DNA of 64,000 nt. Origin: an uncultured bacterium (lineage in GTDB: Bacteria > Schekmanbacteria > GWA2-38-11 > J061). Below the pieces are notes generated by a model, which worked only from the letters and a program-made list of their open reading frames with translations, was not told the origin of the DNA and did no database searches. The stretch is from contig CAZJVM010000007.1 of NCBI GenBank assembly GCA_964549305.1, positions 3,029-67,028 on the forward strand, given 5' to 3'. Position numbers and translations under genes: made by a program. Positions 1 to 9,477 of this stretch are shown here, piece by piece. Position 1 is the first letter of the stretch; every line of letters begins with the position of its first letter.

Positions 1-4
1 AATG

Positions 5-532
5 TTATTTTTTCATTTTAAATGTCCACACACACCCCGTTTCTTCCCATTCAATCACAGTGGGGATACATCCCATTTCAGTAGTTGGATGACGAGGATG
101 GGTAAGGTGCATCTTTTCAATTTCACAAATTTCCCTTCCATCAAATCCCAGATTTGCAGTTTCAACAATTTCTCTCTGTTTTTTTAACCTAAGACAGTTT
201 TTAAACCTTACGGTAATCTCACCGTCCTTCGGTTCGGAAACTTCATACTCCCCCGGACCATGCATCATCTGGTCATTATAGAGCACTCTTTTGATTGCCT
301 CTTTAAGGGATTTATTGGGAGCAAGTTTTCCCACAAAGCGGGCGACAGGCCCGAGAAATCTCGGTCCCATATATCTGTACGCCTCTACAGTATCGTCAAC
401 CCATTCCTGCACCGTACCGAGACGTTTGTGTGTTTTGTAGCTTATAGCATGGTCCATAGTAAAAAAGTCATGAAGTCTGTCCCATTTCTCATCAATGGGC
501 ATTTCCTTGATGTCCGGCTTTTTCATTTCCAT
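5..532 (-). CDS. Small four-cysteine protein, ATC-hydrolase-like (PF14196-like) family, paralog 1
   Basis: 175 aa ORF. C-terminal pattern is F-x-N-C ... E-I-C ... M-G-C ... C-V-W. It is clearly paralogous to the 588..1124 ORF (shared motifs HKRLGTV-EWVDDTV, PRFLGPV, EKMHLTHP). The family name is from memory and not verified. Confidence 0.5.
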   Translation of the reverse strand: MEMKKPDIKEMPIDEKWDRLHDFFTMDHAISYKTHKRLGTVQEWVDDTVEAYRYMGPRFLGPVARFVGKLAPNKSLKEAIKRVLYNDQMMHGPGEYEVSEPKDGEITVRFKNCLRLKKQREIVETANLGFDGREICEIEKMHLTHPRHPTTEMGCIPTVIEWEETGCVWTFKMKK

Positions 533-587
533 AGAGATTTACCTCCCGTAAATATATTTAACTTATTTGTTTTCCCCAAAAACAAAG

Positions 588-1124
588 CTACACTTTTTTA
601 TATACCCATACGCATCCGTCATCTTCCCAGATTATTTCAACTGCTTTGCATCCCATATTAGATGCAGGGTGGTTAGGATGAGTAAGATGCATTTTTTCAA
701 CTTCGCAAATTTCTCTTTCATCAAAGTCATAGCCAAGAGTTTTTATCCATTTTTTATGTCTCTTGAGACGGGCGCAATGACGCCATCTAACTATTATCTG
801 GCCGTCTTTCGGTTCGGAATATTCAAACTCGGAAACATCGTGGTGCTGCTGATCAAGTTTAAAAACAGATTCGAACGTTTTCTTAAGATAAAGGTTGGGG
901 GCAAGATTGCTAACAGTTTTTACGACAGGGCCTAAAAATCTCGGGACCGAACGGTTATAAGCGGCAACGGTATCATCAACCCACTCTTTAACAGTGCCAA
1001 GTCGTTTGTGAGTGTAGTAGCTTATCATATGGTCCATTTCGAAGAAATCACAACAGCGGTCATACTTATCCTCAATGGACAACTCTTTGACATTCGCTTT
1101 GTGAGTCTTAAGTTCTTCAGACAT
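588..1124 (-). CDS. Small four-cysteine protein, ATC-hydrolase-like family, paralog 2
   Basis: 178 aa. Same motifs as the 5..532 ORF, so this is a tandem duplicate. Confidence 0.5.
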   Translation of the reverse strand: MSEELKTHKANVKELSIEDKYDRCCDFFEMDHMISYYTHKRLGTVKEWVDDTVAAYNRSVPRFLGPVVKTVSNLAPNLYLKKTFESVFKLDQQHHDVSEFEYSEPKDGQIIVRWRHCARLKRHKKWIKTLGYDFDEREICEVEKMHLTHPNHPASNMGCKAVEIIWEDDGCVWVYKKV

Positions 1125-1176
1125 AAATTCTACCTCCTTCCGGTTGAGGTTATTTACAACAGAAGAAAACCTGAAT

Positions 1177-1380
1177 CTACTCCGCAGGTGTCGCCTCTTC
1201 TCCGCTTTTTCCCGCTTTCACTATTGCCGCATTGGGACAAACCTTCACACAGGCACCGCACTCCACACAAGTTTCCTGATTTATTTTATAGGTGTCCTCA
1301 AAATCCATAATCGAGTCAGTGGGACAAATGTGCCAACAGGTACCGCATAGAATACAATCTTCTGTAATGACAAATGCCAT
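1177..1380 (-). CDS. 2x[4Fe-4S] ferredoxin
   Basis: 67 aa with two cluster motifs: C-x2-C-x2-C-x3-CP (CILCGTCWHICP) and CVECGACVKVCP. Confidence 0.85.
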   Translation of the reverse strand: MAFVITEDCILCGTCWHICPTDSIMDFEDTYKINQETCVECGACVKVCPNAAIVKAGKSGEEATPAE

Positions 1381-1404
1381 TTTTCAAATCTCCTCTTTAA
1401 AAAA

Positions 1405-2091
1405 TTACATTGCAATTCCGGTCTGAATATTTTCAAGATTTTCAACTATCAGGCCAAGCAGGTCGTAATGAATGGTGCAATAAACCTCCCCCGGGGCAAG
1501 ATTCATAAGGCAACGCGCCTGCTCATCTCCCATATTGTATGTCATTGTCTTTTTTTCAAAAACTATGGGAAAGGAATTCGTACACCACGCTGTCCCCGAC
1601 AAACCGTGTACCAATTCACCTGTCTTCCAGGTGTATGCCTTGGTAAGACGCATTACCCTGTATGCGTCAGTTACAATCATTACCATATCAGGGTCTTCCA
1701 CATCTTCCAGCGCGCCGATAACCTGATACTTGTGATGAAAAAAATGATGGGGCACCTGCTGATTTACCCGGCGGAAAACCTTGCGGTCTGCATATCCCTT
1801 TTTAACGCCTATTGTAGATGACATCCCCGCATCGAATTCCTCTTTGGATACTTTTCTGTTTCCGATTCCAGAATACAGCGCGCCTCCGCACATCACATTT
1901 TTATTTGTAATATAAAAGGGCCTTCGTCCTTCCTCCCACATTTCTGCCACAATTGCGCAGTGGAAGGAAAAATCATCGCCATAGGACTCAACATTGGCAG
2001 GAATTTCATCAAAAAGTTTAAATGCGATTATCCTTCTTTCATATCCCTCGAGCTCTTTCAGTTTTTTTGCAAGTTCAGCGTTTTTACTCAT
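1405..2091 (-). CDS. DUF169 (COG2043-like) family protein
   Basis: 228 aa. The size and pattern recalled for DUF169 match. It has a paralog immediately upstream. Assigned by eye. Confidence 0.4.
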   Translation of the reverse strand: MSKNAELAKKLKELEGYERRIIAFKLFDEIPANVESYGDDFSFHCAIVAEMWEEGRRPFYITNKNVMCGGALYSGIGNRKVSKEEFDAGMSSTIGVKKGYADRKVFRRVNQQVPHHFFHHKYQVIGALEDVEDPDMVMIVTDAYRVMRLTKAYTWKTGELVHGLSGTAWCTNSFPIVFEKKTMTYNMGDEQARCLMNLAPGEVYCTIHYDLLGLIVENLENIQTGIAM

Positions 2092-2126
2092 TTATCTTTA
2101 TTTCCTTTTTCAATATCTAAGAAAAT

Positions 2127-3122
2127 TTAACCTAACATATCATCTATATTCAGCCCAACCGATTCCATCTGCTCGGCAATGACATCGCGGGTAATCTTTT
2201 TATATCCTTTCTCTTTTGCAAATGTTTCCACCGTTTCAACGGCAAACTCCCGAATCCCGTCAGGCGAGGACATTACAAGGGACTGAGCTTCGTCATCCCA
2301 GTCCATAGTCACTTTTAAACCTGATTCAGTTTTTATCACATCAGTTTCTTTTGCCTTTTCACTTTCCTTTTTCCAGAATTTTGACCATTCGGGCTTTGTG
2401 GCGGCAAGATTTGCTCTCGTATCTATTCGCACATCAACCAAAAGACGGGGCAGGTTTTTAGCGTATTCAAGGGGAATAACCACAAAAAGTTCTTCCGGCT
2501 TAATTCTGTTGAACATCCTTCCGCCGAAATCACCGAAAGTTACCACAACATTTTTTTCGTGCCAGGGCGATGAAAAAAGCTCACCGCAAAGGGAAGTGCC
2601 GAATGAACCGTAGGGTTTTATTCCGTCGCACACTAACCGGCAACCAGCAATTGGATTTGCATTGTGAGGATTGCAGACAACGACAATCCAGTCCACATCC
2701 ACACCGTCGGGCACACAGTCAAGAGGCGCCGCGCCGATTCCCTTAACCATTCCCGGAGGAAGATTTCGCATTCCCGATTTAAGGCGTGCCGCTCCCTCAT
2801 AGGTGAAAAAACTGCTCGTTTCAGAAAGGTATTCGCCATTTATTATATCCGCCTTACCTTCAACCATACCACAGTGGTATGTCCCCACAAGGCAGTCATG
2901 ATGCGTGGAATCGAAATAGGACCTTTTCCCATCATCCATTGCAAGGCGTACGAGTGTGCAGGGTTCTCCGCTTATTGGCTCATATTCCGCCGGAATTTGC
3001 TCTCTGAAAAGACTTACGGCAACGGGGTTACCGCGCACATGCCCTTTAGTTTTCAAAATCTCTGAAATCTCTTTTAGATTGGTCATTTGATATTTTATTG
3101 AACAAATACTCCCTTTATTCAA
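2127..3122 (-). CDS. DUF169-like domain protein with about 90 aa C-terminal extension
   Basis: 331 aa. The N-terminal roughly 240 aa are paralogous in architecture to the 1405..2091 ORF, and a charged C-terminal tail follows. The true start may be the internal Met (MTNLKEISE). Confidence 0.4.
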   Translation of the reverse strand: MNKGSICSIKYQMTNLKEISEILKTKGHVRGNPVAVSLFREQIPAEYEPISGEPCTLVRLAMDDGKRSYFDSTHHDCLVGTYHCGMVEGKADIINGEYLSETSSFFTYEGAARLKSGMRNLPPGMVKGIGAAPLDCVPDGVDVDWIVVVCNPHNANPIAGCRLVCDGIKPYGSFGTSLCGELFSSPWHEKNVVVTFGDFGGRMFNRIKPEELFVVIPLEYAKNLPRLLVDVRIDTRANLAATKPEWSKFWKKESEKAKETDVIKTESGLKVTMDWDDEAQSLVMSSPDGIREFAVETVETFAKEKGYKKITRDVIAEQMESVGLNIDDMLG

Positions 3123-3226
3123 TCATATATTTTAATCAAAATGTCAAACACTATATTAAGTTATTGGAAGATGCAGGAAATCGGGAATTTCACTTAGAAA
3201 AATACAGCACAATTGAAAAATCATCT

Positions 3227-3245
3227 TGATTCTTGACAAGAATCA
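3227..3245. promoter_or_regulatory. 8-3-8 inverted repeat TGATTCTT-gac-AAGAATCA overlapping a TTGACA hexamer, upstream of the lipoprotein gene
   Basis: Perfect 8 bp arms read directly. It sits about 60 bp upstream of the 3303 start. Confidence 0.25.
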
Positions 3246-3302
3246 GAGAAACCTGAATGATTAATTGAATATGTTCAATTCATTTTTAAAAGGGAGAAGG
3301 CG

Positions 3303-5132
3303 ATGTCAAAGCTAAGAGTGATGACTCCTTGTCTGTTGATAATAGGTCTATTTTTTGTAAATCCCGTTTTTTGGGGATGCGCGGGAAAAGAGAAAAAAGA
3401 AATTAAAGCGACGGCTGAAAAAAACGCTCATAAAAATCTTTCCGAAAAAAGTGACAGGAAGACAATACCTTCTGAAATAAAGGGACTGGACGGGTCATTG
3501 TGGAAACAGGTAAATTTAGATGGATTCGGAGAAGAGGAAAATGTGGCAATCGTTGCAATGAAGGAATTTCAGGACAAACTCTACGCCCTTGTCAGAAACG
3601 ATAAATATGGCGCCGAAGTTTGGTGCTATGACGGAGAAAAATGGACTCAGGTTTTATTTCCCGATGGCATAAAAAACGGAATCTACAACAACTTTTTCAT
3701 CAACTCCCATATGGGCACTATGGAAGTATTCAGGGAAAAGCTTTATGTGGGATTTTCTTCGGGAGTTCAGGGGTACTACCTTAAATCTTCGGGCTGTGAA
3801 ATATGGCGATATGACGGCACATCGTGGGAACCGGTCATATCGGACAAAAAGGACAGGGAAGAATCCGGAAAGATAACCGGTATTTCCGGGTGCGCAGACA
3901 ATGATTCGGAAACCACCGCTTTTTTTTCTGACGGTTCAAAAAGATGGAAAGAAAACCAATGGGCAGGCGGAGTTCTTCAGATAACCTCCGGTAAAGGCAG
4001 ATTCAGGCGTTTCGACATTCTTTCCAACACAAAGGACACGCTTACGGTTCAGCAGAATGAAATCGGCGGAAACAAGGGCAAGGAATATACGATATGCGCA
4101 AAAAAACATTATATCAATCCTTTCCCTCTTCACGAATATGACATTCTCTCTGTATCGGTAGGAGACAACTATGAAATCGGAACAGGAAGCGATGAAAACG
4201 GTTTCGGAGATTATTTCAACAAAGCCCTTGCAAGTATGATTATTTTTGACGGGAAACTTTATGCAAGCACAGTTTTGAACTACGATTACGGCGGACAAGT
4301 ATGGTACACGGAAAACGGAGATAACTGGAAGATAACAAATCCTCCGCGCAGTATGGGCCTTTTTCACAACGACCCTAAATATCCCGATTCCAAAAAACCT
4401 GTTACCAGGGGAATCCCCGGATTGGGAGTATGCGATATGGAAGGAAAACCCGTTCTTTACGCGGGCACACTGGGTTCAGACGGAAATCTCGGAGGATGCG
4501 CGCGCTTTGCGAAAATGACTCCCGGGGGGTGGAAGCTGATTGTTGACACTGATGTCGATGACAATGATACGGGAACAAACGAAAACGGTTTCGGGATTGG
4601 CCTTGAATGTAATATGTTCAACGGCAACTTCAACGTGTGGAGTCAGGCATGTTTCAAAAACAAACTTTTTGTGGGATTTCAGGCAATCGCGGGAGCGAGA
4701 GTTTTGTACACGGAAACGGGAAGCAGTGACGACGGAAGCTGGTTTTACAGCGTAGGGGGAGACGGCAAACTGCCTGCGGGGTTTGACGGAAAGACAAACA
4801 AAGGCGCATCGCTTGTAATGAAAAAACCGGTCCACGAAACAATTGCCGTTCAGCTTTTTCCATACGACGAATATCTTTATGCCGGACTGGTACGCCTCTA
4901 TATGCCTCTTATGGGCGCGGGCGCAGAAACCATAACAGGCTCCCATATATGGAAAACAAAAGACGGAATTAACTGGGAAAAGGTTACGGACAACGGTTTC
5001 GGCGACAGAACTGTTTTAAACTTTCAGGCATTCACCGTATATAAGGGCAATCTCTTTGTCGCGGGAAGCAGGGCGGCAAATACTGTAGGAGGAGGCCTCG
5101 GAGGCGCAAAGGTTTACAAACTGATGCAATAG
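3303..5132 (+). CDS. Secreted lipoprotein with beta-propeller-like repeats
   Basis: Signal peptide with a lipobox-like ...VFWGCAG. It has at least 6 repeats of the form KLY[AV]G...G...W...DG..W..V, which look like BNR/Kelch-like blades. Confidence 0.55.
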   Translation: MSKLRVMTPCLLIIGLFFVNPVFWGCAGKEKKEIKATAEKNAHKNLSEKSDRKTIPSEIKGLDGSLWKQVNLDGFGEEENVAIVAMKEFQDKLYALVRNDKYGAEVWCYDGEKWTQVLFPDGIKNGIYNNFFINSHMGTMEVFREKLYVGFSSGVQGYYLKSSGCEIWRYDGTSWEPVISDKKDREESGKITGISGCADNDSETTAFFSDGSKRWKENQWAGGVLQITSGKGRFRRFDILSNTKDTLTVQQNEIGGNKGKEYTICAKKHYINPFPLHEYDILSVSVGDNYEIGTGSDENGFGDYFNKALASMIIFDGKLYASTVLNYDYGGQVWYTENGDNWKITNPPRSMGLFHNDPKYPDSKKPVTRGIPGLGVCDMEGKPVLYAGTLGSDGNLGGCARFAKMTPGGWKLIVDTDVDDNDTGTNENGFGIGLECNMFNGNFNVWSQACFKNKLFVGFQAIAGARVLYTETGSSDDGSWFYSVGGDGKLPAGFDGKTNKGASLVMKKPVHETIAVQLFPYDEYLYAGLVRLYMPLMGAGAETITGSHIWKTKDGINWEKVTDNGFGDRTVLNFQAFTVYKGNLFVAGSRAANTVGGGLGGAKVYKLMQ

Positions 5133-5134
5133 CC

Positions 5135-5608
5135 TTAAATAATGTTCCTGATTTTGTTCCACAATCCGCTGCCAATCATATTGTCGGCAACCTGAATAAT
5201 GTGTTTTACCTGCCCGAGGACATCTCCCTCACCGGGCCAATTCCTTTCTATTACTTCAGGGTCAAGACCGTTTGCAATTTTATTCAATACATAGGCAGTA
5301 AGCACCACATCATCGGCATAACCTACCACTCCGAGAATCGCCTCCGGAAGAAGGTCAATTGGTAGGACGAAATAGGCAATCACCGCACCGATTTTAACCT
5401 TGTCTTCCGCGGGCACATCCCTGTCTGTCATAAGTTTACAGAGAAGATAAAAAAGGTCAGGGGCAAGAACTATATACTCTCTCCATTTTGACTCGTTCCC
5501 CTCATCGGATTCAAGCCATTTCATTATCTTTGTCCGCAAGCGCCTGTAAAAATCCTCATTCTTGCCGTTCAGTTTTGTTTCTCCCATTTTTTCCTCCTTG
5601 AAAAGCAT
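5135..5608 (-). CDS. DUF1232 (YkvA-like) family membrane protein
   Basis: Contains PIDLLPEAILGVVGYADD, which matches the DUF1232 PID(L/F)IPD...GY-DD signature. Confidence 0.6.
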   Translation of the reverse strand: MLFKEEKMGETKLNGKNEDFYRRLRTKIMKWLESDEGNESKWREYIVLAPDLFYLLCKLMTDRDVPAEDKVKIGAVIAYFVLPIDLLPEAILGVVGYADDVVLTAYVLNKIANGLDPEVIERNWPGEGDVLGQVKHIIQVADNMIGSGLWNKIRNII

Positions 5609-5682
5609 TCCTCTGTTTATTGGAAAAATTACTTAATCTTATATCAGCAGGAGATTCCTATTTACAGAAAAATCTCAGGGCG

Positions 5683-6009
5683 TTAAATTATCAGTGTATG
5701 ATGAGTCGAAAGTTTCTTTATATTTTTCCTGTAATAGGTAAAATTCAGTACTTTACCCGCTTCCCACGAATTGTTCGTTTTTTCTCCTGAATTATCTGCT
5801 TTTCTGTTTAAAACCACATTTAAAACTCTTCTAAATTTCCTTTGGAAAACTTTCAAAATGCCGCATCCCGGAAATATTCTCAGGAGAAACGACGCGGTTT
5901 TATCTATGGCGCGCATGAGGAATAAAGAGAATTTAAATGCACTCCAGCAAAGGAAGTAAATTAACTCGATGATAAGAATCAAACCTCCCAGAATGTTTAG
6001 TAACGCCAT
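5683..6009 (-). CDS. Possible small membrane protein
   Basis: 108 aa with a hydrophobic N-terminal 35 aa. It overlaps the stop of the upstream gene by 13 nt on the same strand. It may be spurious. Confidence 0.2.
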   Translation of the reverse strand: MALLNILGGLILIIELIYFLCWSAFKFSLFLMRAIDKTASFLLRIFPGCGILKVFQRKFRRVLNVVLNRKADNSGEKTNNSWEAGKVLNFTYYRKNIKKLSTHHTLII

Positions 6010-6959
6010 CTTCTTCTCCCTGACCTTTTATTTTCTCTTGAAGAAAAAACCGTAAGATGCAAAAGCTTATTATTCAGTTCCACTCCGGAACCCAAAATAC
6101 TTTTTCCTTCTATCTGCAAATCAGTGCCTTCGCCAATGCCTTTAAAGACTGAGATCTGAGCTTTTTTAAGCTCATTGAGGGTTTGCGACAGCACTTTGCC
6201 GGCACTTTTCTTTTTGCCCGGTTTTTTCATATGCTTGTTCAGATTGTCGAGATAAACGCTTTTCATAAGCTTCGGATACATACCTTTGAACGCTTTGGGA
6301 CTCGAGCATGTTTCAAAAATCTGAAACTCGCTATTTACGATTATAAAAGCGCCTATCTGATTTCTATGCGCCTTGAAATTAGCCAGGAATTTCTCTGAAT
6401 TCAGGCGATTTTCAATAAAAGCTTCGTCAAGTGAATGAGTGGGAGAATCAACTTTAAGATCACATAATTTTAAGTTTACCATATCCCAGACCTTCCCCTG
6501 TTGGGCATATGCCTTGCCCGTTGTTCTTCTGCTCATATTCACATCTCTTACGATTTCCTTCCGAAGGTCGTTGAACGCAAAGGCATCAAAATCGGAAAAA
6601 TGTTTTTCCTCATAGGACCATCGACCTTCTTCGACACAGGACACGGGGATTTCAATCTCGCTCAGAGGTTTAATAATTATAGTTGTATTGACAACCCTGT
6701 TTTGTTTCGCCCCAACAAGCATCTCTCCCATAAAAATTACCACATACTGCTTTGAAAAATTAATCACTCTCAAAATCGGGACAGACCCTGAATCGGAAAT
6801 TTCCGACACCTTTATCAATTCCTTCTTCATCGCTTCATCGAGTGTAAGAAATGTTTCTCCCTTCTCATCTGCATAAACAGGAAAAACGGCAAAATTTTCC
6901 ACTTCTTCACAATCACCGATTACAAAGCTTTCGAGTTGCTTTACAAAATTACTTTCCAT
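5997..6959 (-). CDS. Conserved hypothetical protein (320 aa) immediately downstream of the WYL regulator
   Basis: Long ORF with good coding character and no recognisable catalytic motif. It has a Lys/Arg-rich C-terminal tail. Confidence 0.5.
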   Translation of the reverse strand: MESNFVKQLESFVIGDCEEVENFAVFPVYADEKGETFLTLDEAMKKELIKVSEISDSGSVPILRVINFSKQYVVIFMGEMLVGAKQNRVVNTTIIIKPLSEIEIPVSCVEEGRWSYEEKHFSDFDAFAFNDLRKEIVRDVNMSRRTTGKAYAQQGKVWDMVNLKLCDLKVDSPTHSLDEAFIENRLNSEKFLANFKAHRNQIGAFIIVNSEFQIFETCSSPKAFKGMYPKLMKSVYLDNLNKHMKKPGKKKSAGKVLSQTLNELKKAQISVFKGIGEGTDLQIEGKSILGSGVELNNKLLHLTVFSSRENKRSGRRRWRY

Positions 6960-7034
6960 AATATTTCCTCCTTTTCAAAACAATATAAAGGAGGCAGATG
7001 ACAGCAGTATGTCTGTGTCAGAAAAAAAACTTTT

Positions 7035-8033
7035 TTAGGAGTATTTTTTGAGGGTTTTTTGGAGTTCCGCCCTGATTTCTTTCCGCAATTCGGGAGGAGA
7101 AATAACTTCGCAGTCGGGTATCCAGGAATAAATCCAGCGCTTTATCTCTTCTGTGCCCGCCACTTTAAAAAAGAGAACTACATCACCGTTTTGCATCTGT
7201 TTTGCTTCCTGAAAGCGATGCCATTTTTTTCTTAAAATCTGATGTGCAACTTTGCAAGAAAACCTGATTTTAACCTCAACATCGTTGTCGACTACGATTT
7301 TGAAACTTTTCGAAAAATAGTCGGCAAGATTGAAATTGCGGGGAATAGCATATCTGTTATTGGTATTTTTTATTTCCTTTATTCCGTCTATGGCAAAAGT
7401 TCTCATGGCGCCCCTAAGGTCGCATTTCCCCACCATATACCAAAATCCGTCACTGTAAGTTAATCCGTAAGGAGCAACCTCTCTTTCCGTTTCTTTTTGA
7501 CTGCTGTTGGCATAATATTTAATCCATACTCTGCATTTTGAGGAAATAGCGCTATTGATTATGCTTAAAACCTTCTCGGTTTCAGGTGATTGAAGCGTAA
7601 TTCCGAGATTTACTATAATAGGAAAATTCTTATCCGATGAATTTATGCCGGCATTTTGCGCAATCCTTTCCACAACAGTAAAGAACGGGGAATCCGACGG
7701 GAAACCGAGATTTGTAACTAATTCCCGGACAGACATAAAATTGGAAAATTCATCGGGATTGAAAATTATCTTTTTCAGCGAAAACGTGCCGTCGAATGCA
7801 TAAGTTTTTTCTTCTCTGTCGTAGTATATCGGTATACCCGATTCTTCTATTGTCTGAATATATCTGCCAATGCTCCTCGTCGATTTTTCGAGAATTTCGG
7901 ATAGTTTTACGGCAGTAACCTTCTCTCCTGCGTCAATCATACTTAGAATCTTTACAATATTGATGATTTTTTCTGAAGTGCCATTTTTTGAAGAATTCTT
8001 TTTTTTGAGGCCCTTGAATTTTTTCCCGCTCAT
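7035..8033 (-). CDS. WYL-domain transcriptional regulator (HTH-WYL-WCX architecture)
   Basis: N-terminal DeoR-like HTH (KLSEILEKSTRSIGRYIQTIEESGIPI), a central WYL-like segment (YSDGFWYMVGKCDLRGAMRTFAIDGI) and a C-terminal extension. Confidence 0.7.
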   Translation of the reverse strand: MSGKKFKGLKKKNSSKNGTSEKIINIVKILSMIDAGEKVTAVKLSEILEKSTRSIGRYIQTIEESGIPIYYDREEKTYAFDGTFSLKKIIFNPDEFSNFMSVRELVTNLGFPSDSPFFTVVERIAQNAGINSSDKNFPIIVNLGITLQSPETEKVLSIINSAISSKCRVWIKYYANSSQKETEREVAPYGLTYSDGFWYMVGKCDLRGAMRTFAIDGIKEIKNTNNRYAIPRNFNLADYFSKSFKIVVDNDVEVKIRFSCKVAHQILRKKWHRFQEAKQMQNGDVVLFFKVAGTEEIKRWIYSWIPDCEVISPPELRKEIRAELQKTLKKYS

Positions 8034-8156
8034 TTTAAGATGATCCCAAAATAAGTTTAAATTTACGAGCTTTTAGTGTAACTTGTCTCTTTACAGGTGT
8101 TCTATATTATTTATTCCTTTTTATTACAGTAATAAAGTTATCAAACACTGAAGAGA

Positions 8157-8534
8157 ATGAGCAATATTTTTTTTCCAAAATTATTTATTAAATCAAATAT
8201 AAGTCTTTTTTTGTTGCTTATTTTAATTTTATCAATTCCTCTATCGGCGTGCACATCGCCTGACATCAGCAGGGACAAATGGTTTTCAAGGGATAAACTC
8301 TACCATTTCGCAACAGCAGGGGCAGTTAGCGCCGCAACAACAGCAGTCGCGAAACACAATGAAAATTCCGATGTGAAATCTATGATTGCAGGCGTTTCGG
8401 TAACTCTCGCTTTAGGCGCAGGCAAGGAAACATATGATAAAAAAGTCAAAAAAACATACTTCAGTTGGAGAGATATGTTTTGGAATCTTCTTGGCGCCGT
8501 TACGGGCAGTCTCATAATAACCGCCTCAGACTAA
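8157..8534 (+). CDS. YfiM/DUF2279-like lipoprotein
   Basis: Signal peptide plus lipobox (LSAC). The motifs DKLYHF ... GAGKETYD ... SWRDMFWNLLGAVTGS resemble the DUF2279 pattern. Confidence 0.45.
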   Translation: MSNIFFPKLFIKSNISLFLLLILILSIPLSACTSPDISRDKWFSRDKLYHFATAGAVSAATTAVAKHNENSDVKSMIAGVSVTLALGAGKETYDKKVKKTYFSWRDMFWNLLGAVTGSLIITASD

Positions 8535-8584
8535 TCCTTGAATCTCCATTTTTTTAAAGTATAGATTTCCCTCCCCTTGACAAA

Positions 8585-8599
8585 TGATAATATTTATCA
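8585..8599. promoter_or_regulatory. Fur-family operator (7-1-7 TGATAAT-a-TTTATCA), likely PerR/Fur autoregulation
   Basis: 13 of 14 positions match the classical Fur box TGATAATnATTATCA. It sits next to a TTGACA hexamer, about 40 bp upstream of the fur-family gene. Confidence 0.5.
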
Positions 8600-8640
8600 A
8601 ATAATAATTTATATCATATAATATATTTTACGGTTTAAAA

Positions 8641-9078
8641 ATGAATCAGATATCTTTTTTTATAGAGGGTTGCAGGAAAAAAGGGGTCAAGGTCACTCCT
8701 CAAAGGATAGCCCTTTTCAAAATTCTTTCAGACAAATCCCTGCATCCAACGATTGCGGAAATATATGAAAGGACGAGAGCGGATTTCCCTTCTATGTCGC
8801 TGAATACAGTATATAAAACAGTCCGGCTTTTTACGGAATTGGGATTTCTTTCGCAATTCAAGTCAAAGGATTCCACGATAAGGTTTGAAGCCAAGATAAA
8901 ACCCCATCATCATATCATCTGTCTTAAATGCAGAAAAATATCTGATGTGTTCGACAAATCTCTCGACTCAATCAAACTATCGTCATCAAAGAAGGACGAT
9001 TTTGACATAGTGAAACACGACGTTATTTTTTACGGATATTGTAACAACTGCAAAAATGAAAGGAGAAAGGCACAATGA
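8641..9078 (+). CDS. Fur-family transcriptional regulator (probably PerR-like)
   Basis: Fur-family motifs TPQRIALFKIL ... HPTIAEIY ... SLNTVYKTVRLFTELG, with C-terminal C-x2-C pairs (CLKC ... CNNC). It is in an operon with a rubrerythrin-like gene. Confidence 0.75.
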   Translation: MNQISFFIEGCRKKGVKVTPQRIALFKILSDKSLHPTIAEIYERTRADFPSMSLNTVYKTVRLFTELGFLSQFKSKDSTIRFEAKIKPHHHIICLKCRKISDVFDKSLDSIKLSSSKKDDFDIVKHDVIFYGYCNNCKNERRKAQ

Positions 9079-9446
9079 GCAAAACCGATGATAATCTTGA
9101 AAAAAATTTCAAAGGTGAAACAAGCGAAGTAGGACTCTACCTTGCAATGTCAAAACAGGCGGAAATCGAAGGTCATCCCGATATTGCAATGTATCTGAGG
9201 CAGGTTGCAATGGATGAGGCGTGGCATGCCGCGTGGGTTGCAAGAATTCAGGGAAAAATAGGCAACACCAGGGAAAACCTCCAGAAAATGGTCGGCGGCG
9301 AAACAGGCGCGACAGCAGGCAAAGCCGAAGCGGCAAAAATCGCAAGGGAGGAAGGCAACGAAGAGGCCGCGCGATTCTTCGAAATAGCTTCACGGGACGA
9401 AGACAGGCACCGCGCGGGACTCGAAGGTTTTCTGAAGAAACTTTAA
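9075..9446 (+). CDS. Rubrerythrin-family ferritin-like diiron protein (no rubredoxin domain)
   Basis: 123 aa with E...E-x2-H diiron ligand motifs (EIEGH, DEAWH, EDRH). It overlaps the stop of the Fur-family gene by 4 nt. Confidence 0.7.
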   Translation: MSKTDDNLEKNFKGETSEVGLYLAMSKQAEIEGHPDIAMYLRQVAMDEAWHAAWVARIQGKIGNTRENLQKMVGGETGATAGKAEAAKIAREEGNEEAARFFEIASRDEDRHRAGLEGFLKKL

Positions 9447-9477
9447 GACTCAGAAAAGGCTTGAAAATATCACAGAA

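Noticed and set aside
2-187. 61 aa plus-strand ORF at the window start, and similar short plus/minus ORFs nested in long genes
   Set aside because: These are antisense to better-supported genes. Examples are 260..661, 567..935, 1008..1310, 4476..4946, 9109..9393, 9221..9577, 23426..24136, 20567..21136 and 60571..61107.
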